This document shows, piece by piece, positions 18,622 to 27,439 of a DNA stretch of 64,000 bases; the first letter of the stretch is position 1, and each line of letters opens with the position of its first letter. Origin of the DNA: an uncultured Ruminococcus sp. (GTDB lineage Bacteria > Bacillota > Clostridia > Oscillospirales > Ruminococcaceae). A model generated the notes under the pieces. It was not told the origin of the DNA and searched no databases. It worked only from the letters and a program-made list of their open reading frames with translations. Position numbers and translations under genes: made by a program. The stretch covers positions 1,900 to 65,899 of the forward strand of contig CAMWQI010000001.1 of assembly GCA_947176345.1 (NCBI GenBank). Reading direction: 5' to 3'.

Positions 18622-19755
18622 TTAATATTTGTATATTCTTGGCACTCTTTTTGAAATTCCGCATACTACTTCATAGCCGATAGTGCCATAAAGTGAGGCA
18701 AGTTCGTCGGCTGTGATAGAGTCGTTTCCGTCCGTGCCGATAAGAGTTACTATATCTCCGGCTTGTGCCTCAATTTCGCTGACATCAATCATAAGCTGGT
18801 CCATGCAGACACGACCGATTATTTTACAGCGTTTTCCATGTACAAGTATTTCACCTTTTGAGGATAAAAGCCTTGAATAGCCGTCGGCATAACCTACCGT
18901 TACAGTGGCTATTTTCATTTCATGGTCTGCTGTGAAAGTCCGTCCATAACTTACACAGTCGCCATTTTCAATGGTCTTTACATGGGATATGACGGCTTTT
19001 ACAGACATTACGGGTTCTATGCCCTCTGGAATTTCAAGACTTATATCAGGGTGAAGCCCATACATTATAATTCCGGCACGTGAAAGAGTGCTTTTCGGAT
19101 TGTTTCTGTAACAGGTAGATGCACTGTTCATGAAATGCATATGTTTAAGTTTTATACCATGACTTACAAGAAGATTATATGTATCACATATGAATTTTTC
19201 CTGTTTATCGGTATATGCTATATTATCGGGGGTGTCGCTGTCCGCAACGGCAAAATGCGTATATATGCCTTCAACGGAAAGTTTTTCAATTTTCATGATA
19301 TTTTCTATTTCGTCAGCACACGATTCAGGTGTATCATGTTTCAGACCTATTCTTCCCATACCTGTATCAATCTTGATATGACATCTTATGGGTACAGGAG
19401 TATTATGTGCAAGTTTACGGGCATATTCCGTTGAAATAACACCCTGAATGATATTATATTGTGATATTTCATGGGCATATTCCGGCGGAGTATATCCTAA
19501 AATAAGTATTTCCGATTCAGGACAGAAATTTCTTACAGCTATTGCCTCATCAAGATTTGATACAGCAAAATATCTTATCTGACATTCATTGTAAAGACAT
19601 TTACAGATATGTTCATCTCCGTGACCGTAAGCGTCCGCCTTGACTACAGCCATTATTTCAGTAGCGGGAGAGTTAAGGTTTTTTATGATTTCAATGTTAT
19701 GTTTCAGGTGGTCAAGGGAAACTTCAGCCCATGCCCTTTTTAAATATGGTTTCAT
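18622..19755 (-). CDS. alr: Alanine racemase
   Basis: AVVKADAYGHG PLP-lysine motif and a C-terminal beta domain. Start chosen at the third Met of MMKMKP (AAGGAA upstream). Start is uncertain by up to 11 codons. Confidence 0.9.
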   Translation of the reverse strand: MKPYLKRAWAEVSLDHLKHNIEIIKNLNSPATEIMAVVKADAYGHGDEHICKCLYNECQIRYFAVSNLDEAIAVRNFCPESEILILGYTPPEYAHEISQYNIIQGVISTEYARKLAHNTPVPIRCHIKIDTGMGRIGLKHDTPESCADEIENIMKIEKLSVEGIYTHFAVADSDTPDNIAYTDKQEKFICDTYNLLVSHGIKLKHMHFMNSASTCYRNNPKSTLSRAGIIMYGLHPDISLEIPEGIEPVMSVKAVISHVKTIENGDCVSYGRTFTADHEMKIATVTVGYADGYSRLLSSKGEILVHGKRCKIIGRVCMDQLMIDVSEIEAQAGDIVTLIGTDGNDSITADELASLYGTIGYEVVCGISKRVPRIYKY

Positions 19756-19943
19756 TTTCATCATTTCCTTTCTTGCTTTTTTGTGCAAAGTTCACTAAAA
19801 TTTACCGTATACTTGAAAATGTCTTGAAATAAATAATAGGATATGTTATAATCTGAAATATTGATAGAAATTATCGGAGGGTGGTTGTTTTTTTGAAGTC
19901 GCTTGTTTCAGGCGTGGAAGTTCTTCCAGCGTCTTCTGTGAGC

Positions 19944-20582
19944 ATGGATATAAAAAAGACCATATGTATAACAGGTCACCGTGCCAGCAGAATAGCCCCA
20001 TATAAGAATAATCCGGCGTACAGCAGTATAACGTATTCAGCAGTAAAGCTGATGCTTTATAGATATATTGATATGGCGGTTGAGGCAGGATATGAGAATT
20101 TTATCAGCGGACTTGCTGGTGGTACGGATTTATGGTCAGCGGATTATGTTCTTATGAAAAAACGCCGTAATGACCGCATAAAGCTTATAGCAGTAATGCC
20201 GTTTATTCGTCATGCTGATTGTATGTCTGAAAAAGAAGTCTATACGCTTGCCGACGTTGAAAGAAAAGCCGATTATCTGCTTACTGTGAATACTAATCCT
20301 GATATTGTCTATGGGAAAAATTCTTCTGCCGGCTGTTCAAAAAACCTGTATCGTGACCGGAATTATTACATGGTTGACCATTCGTCAGCAGTGATAGCTT
20401 TTATTGATAATAAATTAAGGTACTCCGGAACTTTCCAGACAATAAACTATGCATATAAAAACGGGCATAAAATATGCAGTTTCAGCATGGAAAAGATATA
20501 CAGTATTATTGAAAAGTCAGATTTGGATATCCGCACTATTGGCTATGAGATAGCACATTCAGAAAATATTTTCCGTACCTGA
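19944..20582 (+). CDS. DUF1273 / SLOG-superfamily protein (YoqJ-like)
   Basis: ICITGHRASRI...FISGLAGGTDLWSADYVL...LIAVMPF pattern. Start ambiguous: ATG 19944 has no clear SD, and TTG 19893 lies 12 nt after GGAGG. Confidence 0.7.
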   Translation: MDIKKTICITGHRASRIAPYKNNPAYSSITYSAVKLMLYRYIDMAVEAGYENFISGLAGGTDLWSADYVLMKKRRNDRIKLIAVMPFIRHADCMSEKEVYTLADVERKADYLLTVNTNPDIVYGKNSSAGCSKNLYRDRNYYMVDHSSAVIAFIDNKLRYSGTFQTINYAYKNGHKICSFSMEKIYSIIEKSDLDIRTIGYEIAHSENIFRT

Positions 20583-20693
20583 TAATATTATATCACACTT
20601 GCGGAATTTTGCAAGTGAAAAAATTTTAATTTATTTTCCGCCGGAAATTTCTGTCGTTTAAAATCTTATTTATTTGAAAGGAGCTGTTTTTTT

Positions 20694-21560
20694 ATGGCAA
20701 AAAAGAAAAGCGGTCATATAGCCGTACCGTTTTTGCTTACTATTTTTTTCGGTCTGCTTATCGTCGGAGGGGGAGCATACGGAATATACAGATATTTCGG
20801 ATTTGGTCAGTCAGACCCGCTTGATGAACCAACACCCCGTGCAGCCGCTACTGTAACCGCTGAAGATAATCACACAATACTGCTTATTCTTGACGAACCT
20901 GAACAGAAATGCACATCTACATTTGTGCTGATGCGTTCAAAACCGCTTGAAAAGAGAGTGCTTTTTATCGGTATTCCTACAAATACAATTTCAATAATCG
21001 ACGGTCAGCAGGAGCATATAAAAAATTCCTATGACAGAGGTGGCGCACAGGCGGCTGTAAATTTTGTCAATCAGACTTTCGGAATAACTGTTGACAGATA
21101 TATAAAATTCACTCCGGAGGCATTCAGAAAAGTATGTGACGTTTTAGGTGGTGTTACATACTATGTTGAGCCTGATATTGCCGGTTTCAAGAAAAATGGT
21201 GGTGAAGAATATCTTAACAGCAATCAGATTGAAACTCTTATAACGTATCCTATGTTCAATGGAAGGGAAGTACAGCGTGCCTATATGGCAAGTTCCGTCC
21301 TTTCCTCAATGATAAACCAGACAGACGGAAAACGTGTAGCTGATAATTTCAAGGCAAGTTTTGACTCAATAATAAATATGGTATCAACCGATATTACAGC
21401 TGTTGACTATAAAAACCGTCAGTATGCTATAAGAAATATGCTTGAAAACGGTACTTCAATAGCTAATTTCATTATCATTGATGGTGAAACTTCAAATGAT
21501 GACTTTATTCCGTCGGAGACTTTCATTAATGATATGAGGAACGCTTACTTTAAGGAATGA
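20694..21560 (+). CDS. LytR-CpsA-Psr (LCP) family cell-envelope phosphotransferase
   Basis: N-terminal TM helix, then an LCP-like core (ILLILDEP...FVLMRSKP...IGIPTNT...FGITVDRYIKF). Confidence 0.85.
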   Translation: MAKKKSGHIAVPFLLTIFFGLLIVGGGAYGIYRYFGFGQSDPLDEPTPRAAATVTAEDNHTILLILDEPEQKCTSTFVLMRSKPLEKRVLFIGIPTNTISIIDGQQEHIKNSYDRGGAQAAVNFVNQTFGITVDRYIKFTPEAFRKVCDVLGGVTYYVEPDIAGFKKNGGEEYLNSNQIETLITYPMFNGREVQRAYMASSVLSSMINQTDGKRVADNFKASFDSIINMVSTDITAVDYKNRQYAIRNMLENGTSIANFIIIDGETSNDDFIPSETFINDMRNAYFKE

Positions 21561-22339
21561 TTTTTATGCAGAATATTTTTGATACACATTCACATTATAC
21601 GGATAATTCTTTTGACAGTGACCGTGATGAAATTCTTTCAGCATTTCAAGCTAAAGGCGTAAAGTATATCATGCTTGCTTCAACCTGTACAGAAGATATT
21701 AAAGGAAATGCGGAACTTGCGGAAAAATATAGCTATATATATACGTCTGCCGGTTTTCACCCTGAAAACATTGATGGTCTGCCGGAAAACTACATTGATA
21801 TAGTCAGAAATGCAGTAACTGAAAATCCTAAAACTATGGCTATAGGTGAAATAGGTCTTGACTATCACTATGACGGCTATGACCGTGAAAAACAGATTGA
21901 AGTATTTGAAAATCAGATTATACTTGCGAATGAACTTAAAAAACCCGTAATTGTACACAGCAGAGATGCCAGTGAGGACACTTTGAATATCCTGAAAAAA
22001 CATCGCCCGTCCGGAGTACTTCATTGTTTCAGCGGTTCGGCAGAAATGGCAAGGGAAATTATAAAACTTGATATGTATATAGGCTTTACCGGCGTAATAA
22101 CATTTAAGAATGCCAAAAAAGCCATACGGGCTTTAGAGACAATACCACTGGACAGACTTGTACTGGAAACTGACTGTCCGTATATGTCACCTGAGCCTTT
22201 CCGCGGAAAACGTTGTGATAGTTCAATGATAGCATATACTGCTGAAAAAGCTTCGGAAATAAAAGGTATATCAGTTCAGGAAATGCTTGATATTACGTGC
22301 CGTAATGGTATGGAGCTTTATGGAATACAAGGTGATTGA
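21557..22339 (+). CDS. tatD: TatD-family metal-dependent hydrolase/DNase
   Basis: FDTHSHY...GEIGLDYHY...VHSRDA...HCFSG...ETDCPYMSP motifs. The start overlaps the LCP stop (ATGA). Confidence 0.9.
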   Translation: MIFMQNIFDTHSHYTDNSFDSDRDEILSAFQAKGVKYIMLASTCTEDIKGNAELAEKYSYIYTSAGFHPENIDGLPENYIDIVRNAVTENPKTMAIGEIGLDYHYDGYDREKQIEVFENQIILANELKKPVIVHSRDASEDTLNILKKHRPSGVLHCFSGSAEMAREIIKLDMYIGFTGVITFKNAKKAIRALETIPLDRLVLETDCPYMSPEPFRGKRCDSSMIAYTAEKASEIKGISVQEMLDITCRNGMELYGIQGD

Positions 22340-22341
22340 TT

Positions 22342-23082
22342 ATGTATTACTGCTGTGGAATTACCGATAAAGGCATAGCACCACATAATGAAGACGCTTT
22401 TATGATAGGAAATTTTGTGTCTGATAACGGAGTTTCGGAACAGAAACTGAATGCACCTTTTATAGTAGCTGTATCAGACGGCGTTTCTGGTGAAAAATCA
22501 GGGGAATTTGCCTCACGTATGTGTCTTGAATACGTCCGTGATATTGATTTTTCGGCAGATTTGAATAATTCACTTATGAAAGTACACAACAGGCTTACAG
22601 AATATAGTATCAGTAATCCCGATATGCATAATATGCAGACTACTTTATGCGGAATGTTTTTCAGCGGAGACGAAAGTATAACTGTTTTCAATGCCGGAGA
22701 CTCAAGGCTTTACCGTTTCAGGAATGGTCACATAAATCAGATTTCACGTGACCAGTCACTTGTACAGCTTATGTATGAGGAGGGTTCTATAACTCCGGAA
22801 CAGCGTAAAACTCATGTCCGCCGGAATATTATATTTCCAGTTTTCGGAAACGTAGATACAGTCCCTGAAATAGACCTGCTCCGGATAGACGGCATGAAGT
22901 ACGGTGATATATTGTTATTATGTACGGACGGTTTTTCTGATTATGTCTCCTCACTTGAAATTGAAGAGATACTTGAAATGCCCATAAGTCTCCATAAGCG
23001 TTTAAGTCTTATGGTACGCAAGGCACTTGCCAATAAAAGCAATGATAATATAACTATTATTGCAGTCGTTTACTGTGACTGA
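22342..23082 (+). CDS. PP2C-family Ser/Thr protein phosphatase
   Basis: HNEDAF...AVSDGVSG...NAGDSRLY...CTDGFSD...DNITIIAV motifs. The ATG at 22342 follows AAGGTGA. It begins 3 nt after the tatD stop codon (22337-22339). Confidence 0.85.
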   Translation: MYYCCGITDKGIAPHNEDAFMIGNFVSDNGVSEQKLNAPFIVAVSDGVSGEKSGEFASRMCLEYVRDIDFSADLNNSLMKVHNRLTEYSISNPDMHNMQTTLCGMFFSGDESITVFNAGDSRLYRFRNGHINQISRDQSLVQLMYEEGSITPEQRKTHVRRNIIFPVFGNVDTVPEIDLLRIDGMKYGDILLLCTDGFSDYVSSLEIEEILEMPISLHKRLSLMVRKALANKSNDNITIIAVVYCD

Positions 23083-23100
23083 ATGTAACACGCGAAACGC

Positions 23101-23138
23101 AAAAAAATACCATTCTTTTTACAGAATGGTATTTTTTA
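23101..23138. terminator. Bidirectional intrinsic terminator (PP2C and GH5 genes converge)
   Basis: Stem TACCATTCT/AGAATGGTA (23108-23131), flanked by A7 and T6 runs. Confidence 0.8.
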
Positions 23139-23148
23139 TTTAAATTTT

Positions 23149-25212
23149 TCAGGATTTTGACCCTGATATTATACCATCAAGAATTTCATTATTCCACGAA
23201 AGATTATTCCTGTTGAAAAGTCCGAAACTTGACTCACCAGAAGATTTTCCGTTATCCCATACAAAGCACTTAATGCCATTAGCCTTTGCGGAGGATATAT
23301 AATAATTGTAATATTCATTTCTTGTGGCATTATCGGAGGCATTTACACAACCAAATTCACCTATAATAACCGGTGTTCCCTTATCAATGAATTTTTCTTT
23401 TAATTCAGAGAATTTGTTTGTTATTTCGGTTTTGCCGTCGTCCGTAAAAGTAATATCTATACCCTCAGAGAATTTCCATGGTGCATAGTAGTGTACGGAA
23501 ACTATAATATTTTTGTCATCGGGAATGGCTATATCATCTATAGCAGACGTTTCAGCGGAAGCCGCATATGATGTTATAACAAGAGTTCTGTTTGAATTAT
23601 TACCACCTGTGGAACGTACAGTATCTATGAAATCCTGTTCATACTTGTTAATTACGGCTCTTTCCTCCGGAGTACCACCTTGCCATTCAAGCTCACTGTC
23701 AATGGTACGTGGTTCATTCATGCCCTCAAATAAAAGCCTGTCACCGTAATCAATAAATCTTTCAGAAATCTGTTTCCATATAGCCTTAAGTTTTTCGCTG
23801 TCATGTTCGTATTCCTCTTCTGTCGGATTGAACCATATATAATCATCATGATGCATATTGAGAATTACGAACATATCATTATTGTATGCATAGTCAACGA
23901 CTTCTTGTACACGGTCAAGCCATTCTGTATTTATAATATTGTTGTCGTCCATGTGTTCGCCCCACGTTACAGGGATTCTTATTGCATTGAATCCGGAATT
24001 TTTCACGCCCATAATCATTTCTTCAGTAATTTTTGAATTTCCCCACGAAGTTTCAGTTGAAACTTTAGTGAAAGTATTGTCATAGCAATCAAGGGAATTG
24101 CCGATATTCCAGCCTACACTTATAGACTGTACAATCTGAGCAGGTGTCCGGAACTGTCCGTCAATTTCAGGTGCTACAGGGTCTTCATTGTCAAGTACGG
24201 TACTTTCAGTAGTAATAGGCTGTGTGCCGTTTCCGATACTGTATTTTACTTCAATTGAATCAAGTGTAATCTGTGGTTGTTCGCTCCACCAGTATCCCAG
24301 AAGTATTTCGCCGTTATCGGCAGAAAGATTTTTTGCTTTTTCCGGCACAAACCATGTCAGCGACAGACTGGAATTGTCTGTAAATAATGCCATGTCCGGT
24401 GATTGATACCGTCCGGCAGAAGATTTATAGCCGAAAGCTCCCGTGAATTTTCCCATACTGCCAGAGGAACTTATATTAAAAGTTACGGCTTGCGGAATGG
24501 TATTCTCCGGCATGAAATCAGCAGTTTTTATTTTCAGCATATTGTCGGCATCATTAAAGCCTATACTCTCACTGATTTCCGTTGATACAGTATCATCAAC
24601 AGGAATTTCCCGTGTACGTGTATAGGTGCATACTACATTTTCAATCTTTACACTGGAACAATTACCCCACCAGTAACCGAAAAGCACTTCACCGTCAGCA
24701 GATACTGCTTTGCTGACATCTGCCGGAACGTCCCATGTTATTTCACCGTAAGTTCCCTGTGTAGATACTGTAAAGTCCGGTGACTGATACCAGCCTTTGT
24801 CTTCTGAGGGATAGTCTTCCGTAACGGAAATACCACAACCACCTTTAAACTGTCCTATGTTCAGACCATCACCGGAATATATTATAAATGTAAATGATGA
24901 TATAATATCTCCGTCCTCTATAAATTCAGAAAGCGGGATTTTTATTGTATTCAGACCATCGGTTTTAGGAATAGTCTTGTCAACAGTATACTGTGAACCG
25001 CATTCCGCTGTAAGAGTTTCCGTCGGGCTTACATGAACGGTAGTGGGTTCAGCAGTAGTTTCAGTCGGAGTGTTTTTCTTTACGGATTTTGTATATGCCT
25101 GTGTGTTGAAAGTAGACTGTATATATTCGTTGGATTTACTGTTTTTTTCACAGGCTGTGAAAGTTGTTGTAATTGTTGCCACTGTGAAAAGGGCTGTTAT
25201 TTTTTTTATCAT
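23149..25212 (-). CDS. GH5 endoglucanase lipoprotein with two N-terminal copies of an uncharacterised module
   Basis: GH5 motifs NAIRIPVTW, VILNMHHD, FEGMNEPR, IIGEFG. Start moved to MIKKITALFTVATITTTFTAC (lipobox Cys, AAGGA RBS). No dockerin. Confidence 0.9.
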   Translation of the reverse strand: MIKKITALFTVATITTTFTACEKNSKSNEYIQSTFNTQAYTKSVKKNTPTETTAEPTTVHVSPTETLTAECGSQYTVDKTIPKTDGLNTIKIPLSEFIEDGDIISSFTFIIYSGDGLNIGQFKGGCGISVTEDYPSEDKGWYQSPDFTVSTQGTYGEITWDVPADVSKAVSADGEVLFGYWWGNCSSVKIENVVCTYTRTREIPVDDTVSTEISESIGFNDADNMLKIKTADFMPENTIPQAVTFNISSSGSMGKFTGAFGYKSSAGRYQSPDMALFTDNSSLSLTWFVPEKAKNLSADNGEILLGYWWSEQPQITLDSIEVKYSIGNGTQPITTESTVLDNEDPVAPEIDGQFRTPAQIVQSISVGWNIGNSLDCYDNTFTKVSTETSWGNSKITEEMIMGVKNSGFNAIRIPVTWGEHMDDNNIINTEWLDRVQEVVDYAYNNDMFVILNMHHDDYIWFNPTEEEYEHDSEKLKAIWKQISERFIDYGDRLLFEGMNEPRTIDSELEWQGGTPEERAVINKYEQDFIDTVRSTGGNNSNRTLVITSYAASAETSAIDDIAIPDDKNIIVSVHYYAPWKFSEGIDITFTDDGKTEITNKFSELKEKFIDKGTPVIIGEFGCVNASDNATRNEYYNYYISSAKANGIKCFVWDNGKSSGESSFGLFNRNNLSWNNEILDGIISGSKS

Positions 25213-25336
25213 GACAATATGTCCTTTCCGTTTTTTGTGTATATTTATAATTATTATAACATTATTTTCTGGAAATTTCAATATTATATTTTATTGTTTT
25301 AATTTTGCATTGGAATTTTTTTATATTTAAAAATAA

Positions 25337-25358
25337 TCGTATAATAAAAATTATACGA
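25337..25358. repeat. Perfect 9-bp inverted repeat (TCGTATAAT-4-ATTATACGA)
   Basis: Read directly from the sequence. Lies in the divergent intergenic region between the GH5 gene and the DUF2975 operon. Confidence 0.6.
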
Positions 25359-25392
25359 ATAAAATTTCATTCAGGACTTTTGTTTAATGATA

Positions 25393-25412
25393 AACGATAA
25401 AAATTTATCGTT
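25393..25412. repeat. Perfect 9-bp inverted repeat (AACGATAAA-2-TTTATCGTT)
   Basis: Read directly. Overlaps the first copy of the 13-nt direct repeat TTTAATGATAAAC (25383-25395; second copy 25468-25480). Confidence 0.6.
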
Positions 25413-25492
25413 ACTTGTGCATATAGAAAATAATTCCGGACAGGCATTTTTTGTACGGATATACAAATTTAATGATAAACATTAAATTTCTA

Positions 25493-25521
25493 TTGACAAA
25501 CGTAAAACTTCCTGCTATAAT
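25493..25521 (+). promoter_or_regulatory. Sigma-A promoter of the DUF2975/HTH operon
   Basis: TTGACA 25493-25498, 17 nt, TATAAT 25516-25521. Confidence 0.6.
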
Positions 25522-25573
25522 ATAAACATCACATGAGACGAATAAAACAATAATCAAACGGAGGAAATTAGTT

Positions 25574-26218
25574 ATGAAAAATGAAACTATCGGAAAAATC
25601 AACTCAATAGGCAAGATGAGCCGTATTGTTGCAAAAATTGCACAGGTTGTAGCTCTTATAGGAGCAATAGCCTGTCTGGTGGTTGGAGTTGTCGGACTTT
25701 TCATTCCGAAAAACGCCATGCAGTTCAACGGCACAGCTTCGGGAAAACTTTCACTTAATACAAAGTTTGTGGAAGATGCCGATATTGACGAAGGCAATGA
25801 TAAACATAGTTTTTTGGGTGCGGACTTTGAAATAAACGCTGAAGAATCAAGAGACGGTGATATTCAGCATGTTGAAATTGAGGCTTCCGCAAGCAACGTA
25901 AACGGAAATATATTGAAACTTTTTGTATCTTCAGTAGGTTTTGTCGCAGCGGTATTCTGTGGGTTACTGTGGATTGTGATGAGATTTGCGGTCAGATTTT
26001 CCAAAACCCTTGAAATATGTAATTCACCATTTGAAGAAAACGTCCTTGCGGATATGAAAAAACTTGGAATATCGCTTATACCTTTCGGAATTTTCACGCT
26101 CGTAACAACAGGAGTATCGGGTCTGGTATTGGTTCTTATAATTATGCTTGTAATACTGTTTATAAATATTTTCAAGTACGGTGCGGAATTACAGCAGGAA
26201 TCTGACGATATGGTATGA
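25574..26218 (+). CDS. DUF2975-like multi-pass membrane protein
   Basis: 214 aa with about 4 TM helices. Classic pairing with a downstream YozG-type small HTH regulator. Confidence 0.7.
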   Translation: MKNETIGKINSIGKMSRIVAKIAQVVALIGAIACLVVGVVGLFIPKNAMQFNGTASGKLSLNTKFVEDADIDEGNDKHSFLGADFEINAEESRDGDIQHVEIEASASNVNGNILKLFVSSVGFVAAVFCGLLWIVMRFAVRFSKTLEICNSPFEENVLADMKKLGISLIPFGIFTLVTTGVSGLVLVLIIMLVILFINIFKYGAELQQESDDMV

Positions 26219-26228
26219 GGTGCATATT

Positions 26229-26441
26229 ATGGCTATAATTTCAAGACTTGACAGAATTATGGCAGACAGAAAAATTTCCCTTAACGAATTAAGTGAACGT
26301 GTAGGTGTAAGCAATGTCAATCTTTCCAAACTAAAAACCGGCAAGGTAAGTGCTATAAGATTTTCCACCCTCAATGCTATATGCCGTGAGCTGAAATGTC
26401 AGCCGGCGGACATTCTAGAGTATGTGGAAGACAAAGAATAA
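26229..26441 (+). CDS. Small HTH transcriptional regulator (YozG-like, XRE superfamily)
   Basis: MAIISRLDRIMADRKISLNELSERVGVSNVNLSKLKTGKVSAIRFSTLNAICRELKCQPADILEY. The ATG at 26229 follows GAGGTG. Confidence 0.85.
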   Translation: MAIISRLDRIMADRKISLNELSERVGVSNVNLSKLKTGKVSAIRFSTLNAICRELKCQPADILEYVEDKE

Positions 26442-26446
26442 TTCAG

Positions 26447-26478
26447 AAAAAACGGTACTTAGTGTGCCGTTTTTTTAT
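26447..26478 (+). terminator. Intrinsic terminator
   Basis: Stem AACGGTAC/GTGCCGTT (one G-U pair), 5-nt loop, T7 run. Confidence 0.7.
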
Positions 26479-26602
26479 TTGGGCATAACATACATTATAT
26501 TGTACTTATTTTTGTGAGATGTCACAAAAAAATCGGACAATTTCCACAAATACTTTATTTTATTAAAAATATATGCTATAATAGCCTTATTGCTATCCGG
26601 AG

Positions 26603-27436
26603 GTGATAATTATTAAACGTCTTTATATTACAGACCTTGACGGAACATTACTGAACAGCAAAGGTGAAGTTTCTGAAAATACCATTAAGAAAATTAATTC
26701 CCTGACAGAAAAGGGAATATATTTTACATTTGCAACGGCAAGGTCGGTATATTCAGCAAAGCCCATTACTGCCGGACTGAATATAAATATTCCATATATA
26801 CTCATGAACGGTGTGAGCATATATGACCCTGTTTGCAATACGTATATAAAAAATGAATACATAAATCCGGAAATTTCCGCACAGATAATAGAAGTTTTCA
26901 AGGAAAATAATCTGAAATGTTTCATGTACAGGATAGAAAATAATATACTTACAGCATATTTCACGGAGATTAATTCATATGTCATGAGGAGTTTTGCGGA
27001 GTCACGGAAAAATAACTATAACAAGCCGTTTGTGCAGTGCAGTGATTTGTTTGATATGGCTGATGATAAGACTGTTTACTTTACAGTGACCGGAGACTAT
27101 GAAAGACTTTTACCCGTAAAGAATGCCTTATCCGGCATAAGAGACATTGACTATGCTTTTTATCGTGATACTTATACAGGAAAATATTATCTTGAAATTT
27201 TTTCCGAAAACGCTTCAAAAGCAAATGGTATAAAGTATCTCCGGAATGAATACGAATTTGACGAGGTTATATGTTTCGGGGATAATCTAAATGACATAAA
27301 GATGTTTTCCGAATCAGATATAAAAATAGCTGTCGGAAATGCCGTGCCGGAACTTAAAGAAATGGCTGATTTTATCACGTTGGAAAATGACCGTGACGGT
27401 GTTGCAGAATGGCTCACTCAAAACTATAGGAGATAA
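26603..27436 (+). CDS. Cof-type HAD-IIB phosphatase
   Basis: ITDLDGTLL motif I, TFATARS, and GDNLNDIKMF motif IV. The only canonical start (GTG 26603) abuts GGAG with no spacing, so the true start may be a non-canonical ATT at 26612. Confidence 0.85.
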   Translation: MIIIKRLYITDLDGTLLNSKGEVSENTIKKINSLTEKGIYFTFATARSVYSAKPITAGLNINIPYILMNGVSIYDPVCNTYIKNEYINPEISAQIIEVFKENNLKCFMYRIENNILTAYFTEINSYVMRSFAESRKNNYNKPFVQCSDLFDMADDKTVYFTVTGDYERLLPVKNALSGIRDIDYAFYRDTYTGKYYLEIFSENASKANGIKYLRNEYEFDEVICFGDNLNDIKMFSESDIKIAVGNAVPELKEMADFITLENDRDGVAEWLTQNYRR

Positions 27437-27439
27437 TTT

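Noticed and set aside
25411-25797. 128-aa minus-strand ORF overlapping the DUF2975 gene start and its promoter
   Set aside because: It is antisense to a well-supported operon (consensus promoter, GGAGG RBS), has no RBS of its own and matches no family.
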